Assembly: GCA_963816395.1 (NCBI GenBank)
Contig: CAWFKQ010000005.1
Span: forward strand, 1-64,000
Reading direction: 5' to 3'
Length of the DNA stretch: 64,000 nt
Origin: an uncultured delta proteobacterium
GTDB taxonomy: Bacteria > Desulfobacterota > Desulfuromonadia > Desulfuromonadales > JACZKF01
The notes beneath the pieces were generated by a model. It worked only from the letters and a program-made list of their open reading frames with translations, did not search any database and was not told the DNA's origin. This document shows, one piece after another, positions 19,056 through 30,018 of the stretch. Both the position numbers and the translations under genes were made by a program. Positions within the stretch are counted from its first letter, which is position 1. Each line of letters starts with the position of its first letter.

Positions 19056-20381
19056 ATGAAACCCGTCGTCGCCATTGTCGGTCGGCCAAATGTCGGCAAA
19101 TCGACCCTGTTCAATCGGATCCTGGGGCAGCGCAGGGCTATTGTCGAGGACTTCCCCGGCGTCACCCGTGATCGCAACTATGGAGAAGTCAGCCGCTTCT
19201 CCACCCCTTTTCTGCTCATCGATACCGGTGGTTTTGAGCCCGCAAGTTCGGACGAACTCCTGGTGCAGATGCGTGAGCAGTCAAGGTTGGCCATGGAGGA
19301 AGCTGACCTCATCCTTTTCGTCCTGGATGCGAGGGAGGGCTTGACTCCATCCGATATCGAGGTTGCCGGGATGCTGCGGCGGGTTGATAAACCTGTCCTT
19401 TTCGTGGTCAATAAGGTAGACAGTGAACGGCTGGAAGCCGCTGCCGGTGAATTCTACTCCCTCGGCGCCGATTCCCTGTTTACCGTATCGGCCGAGCACG
19501 GACTCGGCATCGATGACCTCATGCAGTCGGTGATTGAGTTGCTCCCCGCAGGGACGGCATTGGAGGAGGAAGGGGCGGAAACCCGCCTGGCGGTTATCGG
19601 CCGCCCCAATGTCGGCAAGTCGTCCCTGATCAACCGGCTGCTGGGTTATGAACGGGTCGTCGCCAACGCCGCTGCGGGAACCACCCGGGACAGCATCGAT
19701 ACCCCTTTCTCCTATAATGGAAAGCGCTACGTATTAATCGATACCGCCGGTATCCGTCGCAAAGGCAAAGTCAGCCAGAAACTCGAAAAGTTCTCCGTTA
19801 TCCAGGCACTGAAAGCGATGGACCGAGCGCATATCGTGCTGGTGGTGATCGATGCCGAGGAGGGAATAACGGAACAGGATTTGACGGTAGCTGGCTATGC
19901 CTATGAAAAGGGTCGGGCGGTGGTTCTGGTGGTGAACAAATGGGACCGGGTGGAGAAAGACAACTCCACTTTCGGACGCTATTTGGAAAAAGTGCGCAGT
20001 ACCTTCAAATTCCTTTCCTTTGCACCGGTCGTCTTCGTTTCCGCCCTTACCGGGCAACGGGTGGCGAAAATTATGTCGGTGGTGGAGCAGGTGGCGACGG
20101 AATTCGAACGTCGGATAACCACCGGGGAATTGAACCGGGTGCTGAACGAGGCTGCCGCCACTCATCCGCCGCCCGTCTTCCAGGGAAAACGGTTGAAGTT
20201 CTTCTATGCTACGCAGGTGGCGGTGCGGCCGCCCTCCTTCGTCTTGTTCGTCAACAAGGCGGCAGGCGTTCACTTCTCTTATCAACGCTACATCGGCAAT
20301 CAGCTGCGGGAGGCGTTTGGCCTAAAAGGCACGCCGATTCGCCTCGTTTTCAAGGATCGCGAACGTCAGGGGCAGGGATAA
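19056..20381 (+). CDS. der: Ribosome biogenesis GTPase Der
   Basis: Two tandem GRPNVGKS G-domains and a KH-like C-terminus. Confidence 0.97.
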   Translation: MKPVVAIVGRPNVGKSTLFNRILGQRRAIVEDFPGVTRDRNYGEVSRFSTPFLLIDTGGFEPASSDELLVQMREQSRLAMEEADLILFVLDAREGLTPSDIEVAGMLRRVDKPVLFVVNKVDSERLEAAAGEFYSLGADSLFTVSAEHGLGIDDLMQSVIELLPAGTALEEEGAETRLAVIGRPNVGKSSLINRLLGYERVVANAAAGTTRDSIDTPFSYNGKRYVLIDTAGIRRKGKVSQKLEKFSVIQALKAMDRAHIVLVVIDAEEGITEQDLTVAGYAYEKGRAVVLVVNKWDRVEKDNSTFGRYLEKVRSTFKFLSFAPVVFVSALTGQRVAKIMSVVEQVATEFERRITTGELNRVLNEAAATHPPPVFQGKRLKFFYATQVAVRPPSFVLFVNKAAGVHFSYQRYIGNQLREAFGLKGTPIRLVFKDRERQGQG

Positions 20382-20483
20382 AAACCTTTACTTCGGCAAT
20401 TTCCTGGGATATATTGATTTTCATTTAATTATGTAAGGTTACACCGTTTTTCGCTGGTATGAACGCCAGTTGGCTGGATTTGC

Positions 20484-22178
20484 ATGAGCCTCGTCGGAAA
20501 CCTCGAAGACCTCGGATTGGGGGATATCCTCCAGATCGTCAGCCTCAGCCGGAAATCCGGGGTATTGTCACTTCAAAACGGCAGCCGGGAGGGGAAGATT
20601 ATTTTCCTCAACGGCCAAGTCATTCGTGCCACCTCCACCGATTTCCGGGAAAATCTCGGTGACCTGCTGCTGCGCCAGCGACTGGTGGATGTGGATACCC
20701 TGAAGAAGGCCCTCTTCATCCAGAGGAATTCGGCGGCCCCCCCTCCCCGTATAGGACGGATCCTCTCGGAACGGCTGGGTATTCCCGGCAATGTGATCGA
20801 AGAGGTAGTCAAGGATCAGGTCCAAAAAATCATTTACAGTTTCTTCGGCTGGGCGGAAGGTACATTCTCCTTCGAGCTGGGAGAGTCCGGCGACCCGGCG
20901 GCTACTCACCTGAATCCCTTGCAGTTCATGCTCGAACAGGGGCTGAATCCGCAGTGGCTGGCCATGGAGGGAAGCCGCATCGTTGACGAGAAGCGGCATC
21001 GCGGCGAATCACTGCTGGAGCAGGGTGATGAGCCGCTGATTGAAATCGATCAGCTGCTCGCCGGCGAAGAGCCACTGCTGGAGGAGACGGCGCCAGATAT
21101 TGAGCCCGCTGCCGTGCCGGGTGATCCTTTTAAACAGATCACCGTTTTGCTGATCGATGATGATCCGGCGACGCGGGAAAAACTCGGCCAGGTTCTGCAA
21201 ACGCGAGGCTTTACCGTCAGGCTGTTCGAAAATGCCCGGGACTTCCTGAAAGATGCGCAGGAGTCGGTGAAGAAGACCGCCATCATCCTGGTCATCGACG
21301 TGATCATGCCGCGAGCTGATGGGAGCGGCATTTTCGGTGGCCTGGATTTGCTGGAACAGGTCCGGCGGGAATTGCCGACGGTTCCCCTGCTGGCTGTCTC
21401 CGATCATCCTGACCCGGAAGTTGAACGCAGGGTTCGCCAGTTGGGGGTGCCCGCAGTGGTCACCAAACCGGGGCGGAGTGAGATTCGGGAGGAACGCGGC
21501 CGGAAAATCCTCGAGATGTTTGGCGATGCCGTAGCCGAGCTGAAAGCTGAGACGGGCAAGCAGGAGAGACCGCCGGATGTTTCCCTGTTCAATCTGGGGG
21601 CGGAGTTGATGGAAGAGCTGGGGGTGCCGAGGACGAGCGTGGCCAGCCTTCAGAAATCTCCCGGACTCCATCTGCTGCGCGGCATGCTGCAGGAACTGAG
21701 CAATCCTTCCCTGGGTGGCGGCATTATTTTGCTGGTGCTGCGCTTCGCCAGTGAGTTCATGAACCGGGCCGTCATTTTCCTGGTGAAGGAGAAGGTAATC
21801 GTCGGATTGGGGCAGTTCGGCATAGAACTGGCCGATGGAGCGGCTGATGCCCGGGTGCGGCGAATGAAGATTCCAGCCGAGGAGCCGTCCCTGTTCAATT
21901 TTGTGCTGCAGGGGATGGCGCCGGTAAAAAGCCCGATGGGGTCAGGTCGTTGGGATCACTATCTGAAGGAACAGCTTGGCGGCGAGGAACCGGAGGAGAT
22001 TTTTCTCGGGCCCGTTCTCAGCGAGGGAAAAATCGTTGCCCTGCTTTATGGGGACAACCTGCCTGAAAAGAGGTCGATCGGCGATACCGAAGCCCTGGAG
22101 ATTTTCCTCTCGCAGGCCGGTCTGGCCATGGAAAAAGCGCTGCTGGAACGCCGACTGCGTGGAAAAGATGCCGTCTGA
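20484..22178 (+). CDS. DUF4388/PatA-like N-domain plus receiver plus GAF-like domain protein
   Basis: SLVGNLEDLGLGDILQ...RKSGVL N-terminus; LLIDDD...IDVIMP receiver; C-terminal GKIVALLYGDN. Confidence 0.8.
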   Translation: MSLVGNLEDLGLGDILQIVSLSRKSGVLSLQNGSREGKIIFLNGQVIRATSTDFRENLGDLLLRQRLVDVDTLKKALFIQRNSAAPPPRIGRILSERLGIPGNVIEEVVKDQVQKIIYSFFGWAEGTFSFELGESGDPAATHLNPLQFMLEQGLNPQWLAMEGSRIVDEKRHRGESLLEQGDEPLIEIDQLLAGEEPLLEETAPDIEPAAVPGDPFKQITVLLIDDDPATREKLGQVLQTRGFTVRLFENARDFLKDAQESVKKTAIILVIDVIMPRADGSGIFGGLDLLEQVRRELPTVPLLAVSDHPDPEVERRVRQLGVPAVVTKPGRSEIREERGRKILEMFGDAVAELKAETGKQERPPDVSLFNLGAELMEELGVPRTSVASLQKSPGLHLLRGMLQELSNPSLGGGIILLVLRFASEFMNRAVIFLVKEKVIVGLGQFGIELADGAADARVRRMKIPAEEPSLFNFVLQGMAPVKSPMGSGRWDHYLKEQLGGEEPEEIFLGPVLSEGKIVALLYGDNLPEKRSIGDTEALEIFLSQAGLAMEKALLERRLRGKDAV

Positions 22179-22194
22179 ATCGGGAGTGCAACCT

Positions 22195-22563
22195 GTGTCG
22201 AAGAAAATTTTGGTCGCCGAAGATTCTCCAACCATGCGATCCTTGATCAGTTCCGCCATTCTATCCGTGGGAGAATACGAGATCATCGAAGCTGCCAACG
22301 GCTTTGATGCCCTGCGCATCCTGCCGCGGGAGAAAGTCGACATGGTGATCACCGACATCAACATGCCCGACATCAATGGCCTGGAACTGGTCAGTTTTCT
22401 CAAGAACAATCCGAATTACAAATCGCTGCCGCTTCTCATCATCAGTACCGAGGGAAGCGAGCGTGACCGCCAGAAAGGTCTGGCGCTGGGTGCAGATGGC
22501 TACCTGGTCAAACCGTTCGCGCCCCGCGATCTGCAGGCTTTCGTTCAGCGGTTTCTGTTATAG
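22195..22563 (+). CDS. cheY: CheY-like response regulator
   Basis: ILVAEDS, TDINMP, YLVKPF. GTG start with GGGAG RBS. Confidence 0.9.
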   Translation: MSKKILVAEDSPTMRSLISSAILSVGEYEIIEAANGFDALRILPREKVDMVITDINMPDINGLELVSFLKNNPNYKSLPLLIISTEGSERDRQKGLALGADGYLVKPFAPRDLQAFVQRFLL

Positions 22564-22572
22564 GAGGGAGCG

Positions 22573-24599
22573 GTGAGCGCATCATCACAGGCCATGAAGG
22601 AATTTCTCGGGGAAGCGGAAGAAATAATCGAGAAGCTGAATCTTGATTTGGTTCAGTTGGGGGAAGGCATCGACACCGGTGAGGCTGAACCGGAGCTGCT
22701 GAACGGCATTTTCCGCGGCGCCCATTCACTCAAGGGACTGGCTGGGATGTTCGGCTTCGATGATATCTCCGAATTGGCCCATCGGCTGGAAAACCTTCTG
22801 GACGGCCTGCGCCTGGGAAAAATCTCCCTTGGCGGGGCACTGGTGGAGGTTCTGTTTGACGGACTGGAACTGCTGAGCCGATTGATCCACGGCAAGGGAG
22901 GGGACAGCAATTTCACCATGGACACCACTTCCCTCATCCGCCGGCTTGATGCCTTAGTGACAAAAGGCGAGGGAGGGAAAGATCAGGTCCCCGGACAGGG
23001 GGGGGGATTGACCCGGAAATCCTGAGCGTCCTCACCGAGTATGAAGAGCACCGACTGCTGGATAATCTCAAGAAGCAACGGACACTGTTGCGGGTGCGGG
23101 CGAACTTCAGCCTGATCAGCTTCGACCAGGATCTTGCCGAGATCAGCGAACAATTGAAAGACTTAGGGGAAATCATCAGCACACTGCCGAGTGCCGGCGA
23201 TCTCTCCGATCATATTTCCTTTCAGATCATTCTCGGCACCACCAAATCCCTCGCGGATATCGCGACGCAGATGGAGCGCGAAAACGTATCGGTGGAACTG
23301 CTGAGCGGCGGCAAGGCCGAGATGTCTTCCGATCCGTCCGAAACGATTGCTGCCTCTCCTGCGGAAGCCCCTTCCTCCGATAATTCGACCTCCCTGCGCT
23401 CAATCAGCCATACGGTGCGGGTGGATATCGAGAAGCTCGATTCCCTGATGAACATTGTCGGTGAACTGGTTCTATCAAAGGGGGCGATCGCCGAAATTTG
23501 CGAGCGACTCAAGCTCGAGGGGGATGGGGAAAGGGGCCGTGAACTGCAGAAAGCCACCCGCAACCTGGAGCGGCGTCTTGAGGAACTGCAGAAGGGAGTC
23601 ATGGAGGTCCGCATGGTCCCCGTGGCACAGTTGTTCGAGAAAATGACCCGGATCATCCGGAGGGTGGCGGGGGAACACGTCAAAAAGGTCACCCTCGATC
23701 TGCAGGGAGCCGAAACTGAGCTGGACAAGCTGATCATGGAAAATCTTTCCGATCCCCTGATGCACATTATGCGCAATGCCATTGACCACGGCATCGAATC
23801 CGCTGCCGAGCGCCTGGCTCTGGGGAAACCGGAAAAGGGGACGATCTGTCTGTGGGCCTCGCAGAAGGGCAACCATGTGGTGATCGAAATCCGGGACGAT
23901 GGTCGCGGCATCGACCCGGAGAAAGTCCGGCGCGCTGCGGTGCAGAAGGGTCTGCTCAATGAGTCGGCGGAACTCAGCCGTGAGGATATATTGGAGCTGA
24001 TTTTTCTCCCCGGCTTCTCGACCAGCGATCAGGTGAGTGATCTGTCCGGGCGCGGCGTCGGCATGGATGTGGTGAAAACGAATATCGGCGAACTCTCCGG
24101 GATGATCGAGGTTGACAGCGTCGTCGGCGAGGGGACGGTGATCACCATTACCCTGCCGATTACGCTGGCCATCATCAAGGCGCTGATTATTCGCGTCTGC
24201 GGCCAGACCTATGCCATTCCCGTTACTTCCGTGCTGGAGACACTGATGATTGAGTCTGCGTCGATCCGCACCGTCGAGCGGCGAGAGGTAATGGAACTGC
24301 GGCAAAGCACATTGCCGCTGCTGCGTCTCGGCGAAATCTTCCGGCTGCCGGAGCCGCCGAGAAAAGACGGTCGTTCCTTTGTCACTGTGGTAGGGATGGC
24401 GGAGAAGAAGTTGGGGATTGTCGTCGATGAGCTGCTCGGCCAGCAGGATGTGGTCATAAAATCCCTCGGCAGCTCACTTTCCTTCATCCGGGGCATTGCC
24501 GGCGCTGCCGATCTCGGCAACCAGAAAACCATTCTGGTACTCGATGTTGGTGGTCTGATGAGCGAAGCGGTGCGGGGAGATTCGGCCGTCCATGTATGA
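22573..24599 (+). CDS. cheA: Chemotaxis histidine kinase CheA (frameshift in poly-G at about 22998-23007)
   Basis: HPt FRGAHSLKG; VRVDIEKLD dimerisation; RNAIDHG, DDGRG, GRGVGMDVV; C-terminal CheW domain. Confidence 0.93.
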
Positions 24600-25398
24600 G
24601 AGTTTTTACGGGTTCAAAGAGCGCCCTTTCAGCAAAACACCCGATCCCCGCTTCCTCTATCAGAGCCGGGTGCACCGGGAGGCTTTAGCGCGTCTGATCT
24701 ATGCCGTCGAGGAGCGCGATCTGATCCTGCTGACTGGAGAGATCGGCTGCGGCAAGACTACCCTTTCCAGAGCCTTAATGGATGAACTGGGAGAAGGATA
24801 CAAGGTTCTGCTTCTGATCAATCCGCGACTGACGCCTCTCGAGTTTTTGCGGGTGTTGGCGCTGCGTCTGAGCATCGAAAGCCCGGCCACATTCAAGACC
24901 GATCTGCTGGAGCAGATCGGCGGTGAATTGTATCGTCAGTATCAGGAGGGAGTCTGCCCGGTGCTGATCATCGATGAGGCACAGCTGGTTCCGCATAAGG
25001 AGACTTTCGATGAGATCCGGCTGCTGACCAATTTTCAGCTCGACGACCGGAATCTGATCAGCGTTGTTCTGATGGGGCAGCCGGAACTGCGCAAACGACT
25101 GGGGCATCCGGTTTACGAACCCCTTAGGCAGCGCATCGGCATGCAGTATAACCTGCGGCCGTTATCCCTGGAAGAAACAGCCGAATATCTTGACTGTCGA
25201 ATTATTGTTGCCGGAGGTTCGCCCGGATTGTTTCTGCCGCCTGCCGTCGAGCATATATTCAGGTATTCCGGCGGCATTCCCCGCAAGATCAATCATGCCG
25301 CCGCCTTGGCCTTGTTGGAAGGGTTCGGAAGGGAAGCGGCCTGTATCGGCCCGGAAATCCTCGATGCGGTCATGCCAGAGCTGGTGTTGACGGCCTGA
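24592..25398 (+). CDS. ExeA/GspA-like AAA ATPase
   Basis: MYESFYGFKERPF..TPDP.F, GEIGCGKT, IIDEAQ, GQPEL, GGIPRKIN. Confidence 0.9.
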   Translation: MYESFYGFKERPFSKTPDPRFLYQSRVHREALARLIYAVEERDLILLTGEIGCGKTTLSRALMDELGEGYKVLLLINPRLTPLEFLRVLALRLSIESPATFKTDLLEQIGGELYRQYQEGVCPVLIIDEAQLVPHKETFDEIRLLTNFQLDDRNLISVVLMGQPELRKRLGHPVYEPLRQRIGMQYNLRPLSLEETAEYLDCRIIVAGGSPGLFLPPAVEHIFRYSGGIPRKINHAAALALLEGFGREAACIGPEILDAVMPELVLTA

Positions 25399-25418
25399 AT
25401 TACCGGAGGGAAATCGCG

Positions 25419-26132
25419 ATGGACATAGCCAAAATTCGCCAAAAGGCCAAAACCAGAGAAGCGCCCTCTCCGGCAAAAGCGACCCTGAGAACACCACTGC
25501 CCGCCTCACCCGTCGCCGTGCCGCCAGCGACGACCGACTCGGTGCAGACACCGCCGTCGCCGGACAAAAAAAATCGCTCCGCCGCCTCTGCGGTCAGCCC
25601 TGTGGATCCCCTGGCGGCCTTGTTTGAAACCCCGTTGGAAGTTCAGCTGGCCACCGAGGAAAACTATCTGCAGGGGTTGCGTCAGACGACCGAGGAGGTG
25701 GGTAAGCTAAGACAGTTATTGGCATTTTCCCTTGGCACCGAGGACTACGTACTGGACATCGAGACCATTCGCGAGATAATAAAACCAAGAGAGGTGACGG
25801 ATATTCCCCGGGTTCCCGAATTCATCCTGGGAATCATTTCCCTGCGTGGCATCATAATACCGGTATTTGACCTGAAGCGACGCCTGAAGCTGGGGAAGAC
25901 TGAAATCACCCCAGCCTCGCGCATCGTGGTCTGTCAGCATCAGGACCGGGTCGTCGGCTTACTGGTCGACAGCATCACTCAGGTGGTACGCATTCCTGGT
26001 CAGAAGATCGAACCGCCGCCCGCAGTCCTTTCAGGCCTTGATCGTGATCTGGTGGAGGGGGTAGGGCGCTACAATGGGAAGATGATGATCCTGCTGCACT
26101 TGCCCTGTGTGGTGGATGCAGAGCTCGTCTGA
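25419..26132 (+). CDS. cheW: CheW with Pro/Ala-rich N-terminal extension
   Basis: IREII, GIISLRG.IIPV.DL, GLLVD. Confidence 0.9.
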   Translation: MDIAKIRQKAKTREAPSPAKATLRTPLPASPVAVPPATTDSVQTPPSPDKKNRSAASAVSPVDPLAALFETPLEVQLATEENYLQGLRQTTEEVGKLRQLLAFSLGTEDYVLDIETIREIIKPREVTDIPRVPEFILGIISLRGIIIPVFDLKRRLKLGKTEITPASRIVVCQHQDRVVGLLVDSITQVVRIPGQKIEPPPAVLSGLDRDLVEGVGRYNGKMMILLHLPCVVDAELV

Positions 26133-26154
26133 AGCCGCAGAAAGGAGTGGCCAA

Positions 26155-26526
26155 GTGTCCAAGAAAAAGATCCTGATCGTGGAGGATGAAGAGAGTTTGC
26201 TCAAGCTGGAAAGCATCCTCCTGACCTCAAAAGGGTTCGAAGTTAAAGGGGTTTCGAATGGCCAGGCGGCCCTGGATGCAATCGGCGAAGCACAGCCGGA
26301 CCTGGTGCTTCTCGACATCATGCTGCCGGAGATCGATGGATTTGAAGTTTGCCGCCGGATCAAGAGCGACCCGGCAACCCGGCATCTACCGGTAATTATG
26401 CTCACCGCCAAAAAGAGCCGGGAAGATATGGCGCGAGGGGAAAAGGTGGGAGCCGACTGGTATATTACCAAACCATTCAAATCAGCCATGGTCATCGAAA
26501 CCATTCAAAGGTTTTTAGCCAAATGA
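26155..26526 (+). CDS. Single-domain response regulator
   Basis: ILIVEDE, LDIMLP, MLTAK, ITKPF. Confidence 0.9.
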   Translation: MSKKKILIVEDEESLLKLESILLTSKGFEVKGVSNGQAALDAIGEAQPDLVLLDIMLPEIDGFEVCRRIKSDPATRHLPVIMLTAKKSREDMARGEKVGADWYITKPFKSAMVIETIQRFLAK

Positions 26527-27053
26527 GAGCCAAGGCAGAGGAAAAGGGTCCGGTGAACGGGGAAAGCGGCCGACAGGAGGTCCAGCTCGCCTGTTTTCGG
26601 GTCGGCGGTGAAATGTATGCCCTCGACATCATGCGCATCAAGGAAATCATCAGGCCGCAAAAGCTGACTCCCGTTCCGAAAGCGCCGCCTTTTATCGAAG
26701 GGGTAATCAACCTGCGCGGAGCGGTAATCCCGGTGGTGGATCTGCGTAAACGATTCGATCAGTCGAATACCGGTTCCGATCAGAAGACCAGGGTGATCAT
26801 CTGTGCCCTGGCGGGGAAAATCATCGGTCTTGTCGTTGATGAAGTTACCGAAGTGCGTCGTTGTTCGCGACAGGAAATTCAGCCATCCCCGCAGTTCCTT
26901 AAGGGGAAAGGGACAGATTTTTTCATCGGCATTTACCGACGGGAGGAAGAGTTGGTCATGCTGCTGGATCTGGAGAAAATCCTTTCTTCCGGGGAAAAGA
27001 TTGACCTGGAAAGCATCCAGATGCTGCAGCAGGAAATGGCCGGATCCCACTGA
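26523..27053 (+). CDS. cheW: CheW
   Basis: GVINLRGAVIPVVDLR, GLVVDEV. Confidence 0.9.
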   Translation: MRAKAEEKGPVNGESGRQEVQLACFRVGGEMYALDIMRIKEIIRPQKLTPVPKAPPFIEGVINLRGAVIPVVDLRKRFDQSNTGSDQKTRVIICALAGKIIGLVVDEVTEVRRCSRQEIQPSPQFLKGKGTDFFIGIYRREEELVMLLDLEKILSSGEKIDLESIQMLQQEMAGSH

Positions 27054-27095
27054 ACTGATTCGTTTGAATTGCCTGAAATGGAGTATTGAACTGCA

Positions 27096-27998
27096 ATGAT
27101 TATCTGTTGTCCGGCCTGCCAGGCCCGGTTCCGTCTCGACCGCCAGCGTCTCGGCGGTAAGCGGGTCACCCTCAGATGCAGCCGTTGCCGCGAAACCTTC
27201 AAGACCGAAGTCCCCGCACCCACAGGGGCTGCCAGATTCACTGTCCTGGTTGCCCATGGCGACCCAAGTCTCTGTACCACCATTCATGATCTTCTCGGCG
27301 CCGAGGGGATCGATTGCCGGGTGGAACATGACGGTACCGGCGCCCTCCGCCAGATGCAGCTGCAGCCGCCGCAGGTAGCCATACTCGATGTGGCCATCTC
27401 CGGCCTGTATATTTTCGAGCTTATCGAGAAGATGCGCGGTCTTCCCCGTCTGACTGAAACCAAAATCCTTTTGCTCTCCTCGATCTACAGTAAAACAGCT
27501 TATAAACGGACGCCGAGTTCTCTTTACGGAGCCGACGACTACATAGAGAAACACCATATCCCTGACGATTTGGTGCCGAAGGTCTACCGATTGGCACTGC
27601 AGGCGGTCCCGGTCCCCGACCAGCAGGCCAAACAGGAGAAAACGATCACCGGCCAGGCCTTGACGGAAGCTGAAAAAAGTGCTGAAAATTCATCGCGGGA
27701 ATTGAATGCGCATATCCAGCGCGCTGAAAATGAAGACCTGGCTGTTCCCGATACAGCAATTGAGAAGGCCAGGCAGTTGGCCCGCATCATTGCCGCTGAT
27801 ATAGCCCTCTACAACCAGGAGAAAATGGACGAAGGAATTCGCCGGCAGAATGTTTTCGATCTGTTGGCAGGGGAAATCGAAGAAGGCCGACGGATTTTCC
27901 GCAAACGGCTTGCCCCTGGTTTCAGCAGCCAGGAGGATTTTGTGCGCCAGGCTGTTGTCGAACTGGTCGAACGCCGGCGGTGCGAGCTGGGGGGCTGA
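27096..27998 (+). CDS. Zinc-ribbon (MJ0042-type) plus receiver domain protein
   Basis: CPAC...CSRC N-terminus, degenerate receiver (AILDVAI, GADDYIEK), helical C-terminal domain. Confidence 0.8.
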   Translation: MIICCPACQARFRLDRQRLGGKRVTLRCSRCRETFKTEVPAPTGAARFTVLVAHGDPSLCTTIHDLLGAEGIDCRVEHDGTGALRQMQLQPPQVAILDVAISGLYIFELIEKMRGLPRLTETKILLLSSIYSKTAYKRTPSSLYGADDYIEKHHIPDDLVPKVYRLALQAVPVPDQQAKQEKTITGQALTEAEKSAENSSRELNAHIQRAENEDLAVPDTAIEKARQLARIIAADIALYNQEKMDEGIRRQNVFDLLAGEIEEGRRIFRKRLAPGFSSQEDFVRQAVVELVERRRCELGG

Positions 27999-28038
27999 TC
28001 ATGAATATGGATCTTTCGTGAACCGAGAACAATGGACA

Positions 28039-30018
28039 ATGATAGGCGATGAGGAGGAACGCCTGCAGTTTCTCAAGGGTAGCGCCGGGGAAAATGCAGA
28101 AGCGCTCCTACCGATAATTTACCTGGCACTGAGTGATCAGAGCTGGCGTCTGCGCAAAGAGGCTGTTGGACTTTTCCTTTCCCTGCCGCGCGCCGGCGAA
28201 ATGGCTGGCGAGATCATCAATCTTCTTTATGCGCAGGACAATGCCGGGCTGCGCAATGCGTCGGTAGAGATCCTGGTTTCTCTTGGGCGGCAGGCGGTTT
28301 CTTCTTTGCTGGCGGAGCTAAGGTGCGAGGATCACGACGTTCGTAAGTTCGTGCTTGACATTCTCGGTGAGATAAGAGACCCCGCGGCTACGGGTCCGAT
28401 GGTCAAGGCCCTCGATGATGCCGACAAGAATGTTCGCGCAGCCGCCGCCGAGAATCTGGGGAAAATCGGTTCCGCTACAGCGGTACCGGCCCTGCTCGAT
28501 ACCTTACGTCATTCGGACCTGCTTTTCCGCTTCACCGTCCTGCAGGCTCTCGGCCAAATCGGTGCCAGTGTTCCGCTCGACCGCCTGCTTGAATTCAAAG
28601 ACGAGCCGTTACTGCGACCAGCTCTTTTCGATTGTCTCGGTCGGGTGGGTGGGAGTGCAGCGCTGCCGGTGCTGACCGAGGGATTGACCGACCGGATGCG
28701 AAACGTCCGGGAGGCTGCCGTAAGCGCTTTAATCCGTCTGGGAGAGACCCGCACGCCTGAATTGGCAACAGGCCTCACATTGCTGGCCGGCGGCAGGGAG
28801 GCCGAGGCGATCGCCGAATTTCTCGTCAGCGGACGCGTGGGAATGCAAAAGGCGGCCGTCCATCTCCTCGGCTGGATTCGGGATGGACGTTTCGCTCGGC
28901 AGCTCCTGGAGTTGCTCGAAAACCCCGATCTGCGAGAAACGGCCATTGCGTCCCTGTTAGCCGTCGGTACCGCCTCGCCCGGTTCCCTAATGGCCCTCTG
29001 GCCGGAGGCGAGCAATCAGCAGCAAACCTATCTTGCCTATCTTTTCGGAGAAACGCAGTGCGAGGGCAGCTATCCGCTGCTGCAGGAAGGACTGGCCAGC
29101 TCCGACGTTGAGTTGCGGGCAATGTCGGCCCGGGCGCTGGCCCGTCTCGGAACGGCGGCATCACTTCCGGTGCTGGTCCAGGCCTTGACGGACACGGCGG
29201 ACGAGGTTCGCGAAGGGGCGATGCACGCACTGGTTGAGTTGAGTAAATGCTTCCGCACAGAGATCCTCCATCTTCTGCAACCGCTGCTGGAAACCCAAGA
29301 TCCAGAAATTCGGATGTACGCGGTTCTCGTTCTCGGTAGTCTGGATGGAGAGGAGGTGGAGAATTCACTCACTCTGGCCATGAAGGATGAGTCTCCCCTG
29401 GTGCGGCAGGCGGCGGTGCGCGCTTTTGATGGTCATCTGGGCCGCGGACAGGTGCCCATTCTCATGCTGGCCCTCACCGATGAAGACCACGAGGTGCGCC
29501 GTCTGGCGGCTGAATTGCTGGGGACGCTGGGGGATCCTCTGGCCTTGCGGCCCTTGGCCATGGCCTTGCAGGATGAAGACATCTGGGTGCGGGCGACTGC
29601 CGTGCGGGCACTTGGCAATTTGGCGAGTAGTGAAAGTGAAGAGCTGATCAAGAGCGCTCTGCGCGATCCGGTTGGATTGGTGGTCATCGCCGCCCTTGAG
29701 ACGTTAGCCGCCAGGGACCTTGAGAATTTTTCCCCCTGTCTAAACAGCGGGCTGTCCCATCCGGATGCGGAAGTGGTCAGTGCGGTTTTGCAGCTTCTCG
29801 CCGTGAGCGGCCGGCGTGATTGGATCGATCCGGTCCGGGATAACCTCCTCAACCATCGCCATTGGGAGGTGCGCACGAGCTTCGCCCGAATCCTGGCGCA
29901 GCATTACGGTAGTCAATGCCGTCCCTGGCTAGAGGCCCGGCTGCTGGTGGAGGTGGAGGACCTGGTCCGCCAACAGGTTCAGGAACTTCTTGCCGCCTTG
30001 CCGGCGGGCGAGGGATGA
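28039..30018 (+). CDS. HEAT/PBS-lyase repeat protein
   Basis: Many VR.AA..ALG.. repeats across about 660 aa. Exact start uncertain. Confidence 0.88.
   Translation: MIGDEEERLQFLKGSAGENAEALLPIIYLALSDQSWRLRKEAVGLFLSLPRAGEMAGEIINLLYAQDNAGLRNASVEILVSLGRQAVSSLLAELRCEDHDVRKFVLDILGEIRDPAATGPMVKALDDADKNVRAAAAENLGKIGSATAVPALLDTLRHSDLLFRFTVLQALGQIGASVPLDRLLEFKDEPLLRPALFDCLGRVGGSAALPVLTEGLTDRMRNVREAAVSALIRLGETRTPELATGLTLLAGGREAEAIAEFLVSGRVGMQKAAVHLLGWIRDGRFARQLLELLENPDLRETAIASLLAVGTASPGSLMALWPEASNQQQTYLAYLFGETQCEGSYPLLQEGLASSDVELRAMSARALARLGTAASLPVLVQALTDTADEVREGAMHALVELSKCFRTEILHLLQPLLETQDPEIRMYAVLVLGSLDGEEVENSLTLAMKDESPLVRQAAVRAFDGHLGRGQVPILMLALTDEDHEVRRLAAELLGTLGDPLALRPLAMALQDEDIWVRATAVRALGNLASSESEELIKSALRDPVGLVVIAALETLAARDLENFSPCLNSGLSHPDAEVVSAVLQLLAVSGRRDWIDPVRDNLLNHRHWEVRTSFARILAQHYGSQCRPWLEARLLVEVEDLVRQQVQELLAALPAGEG

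Noticed and set aside
22990..23010. Phase variation of cheA through a G10 tract
   Set aside because: Cannot be distinguished from a homopolymer sequencing error given the background indel rate; needs read-level data.
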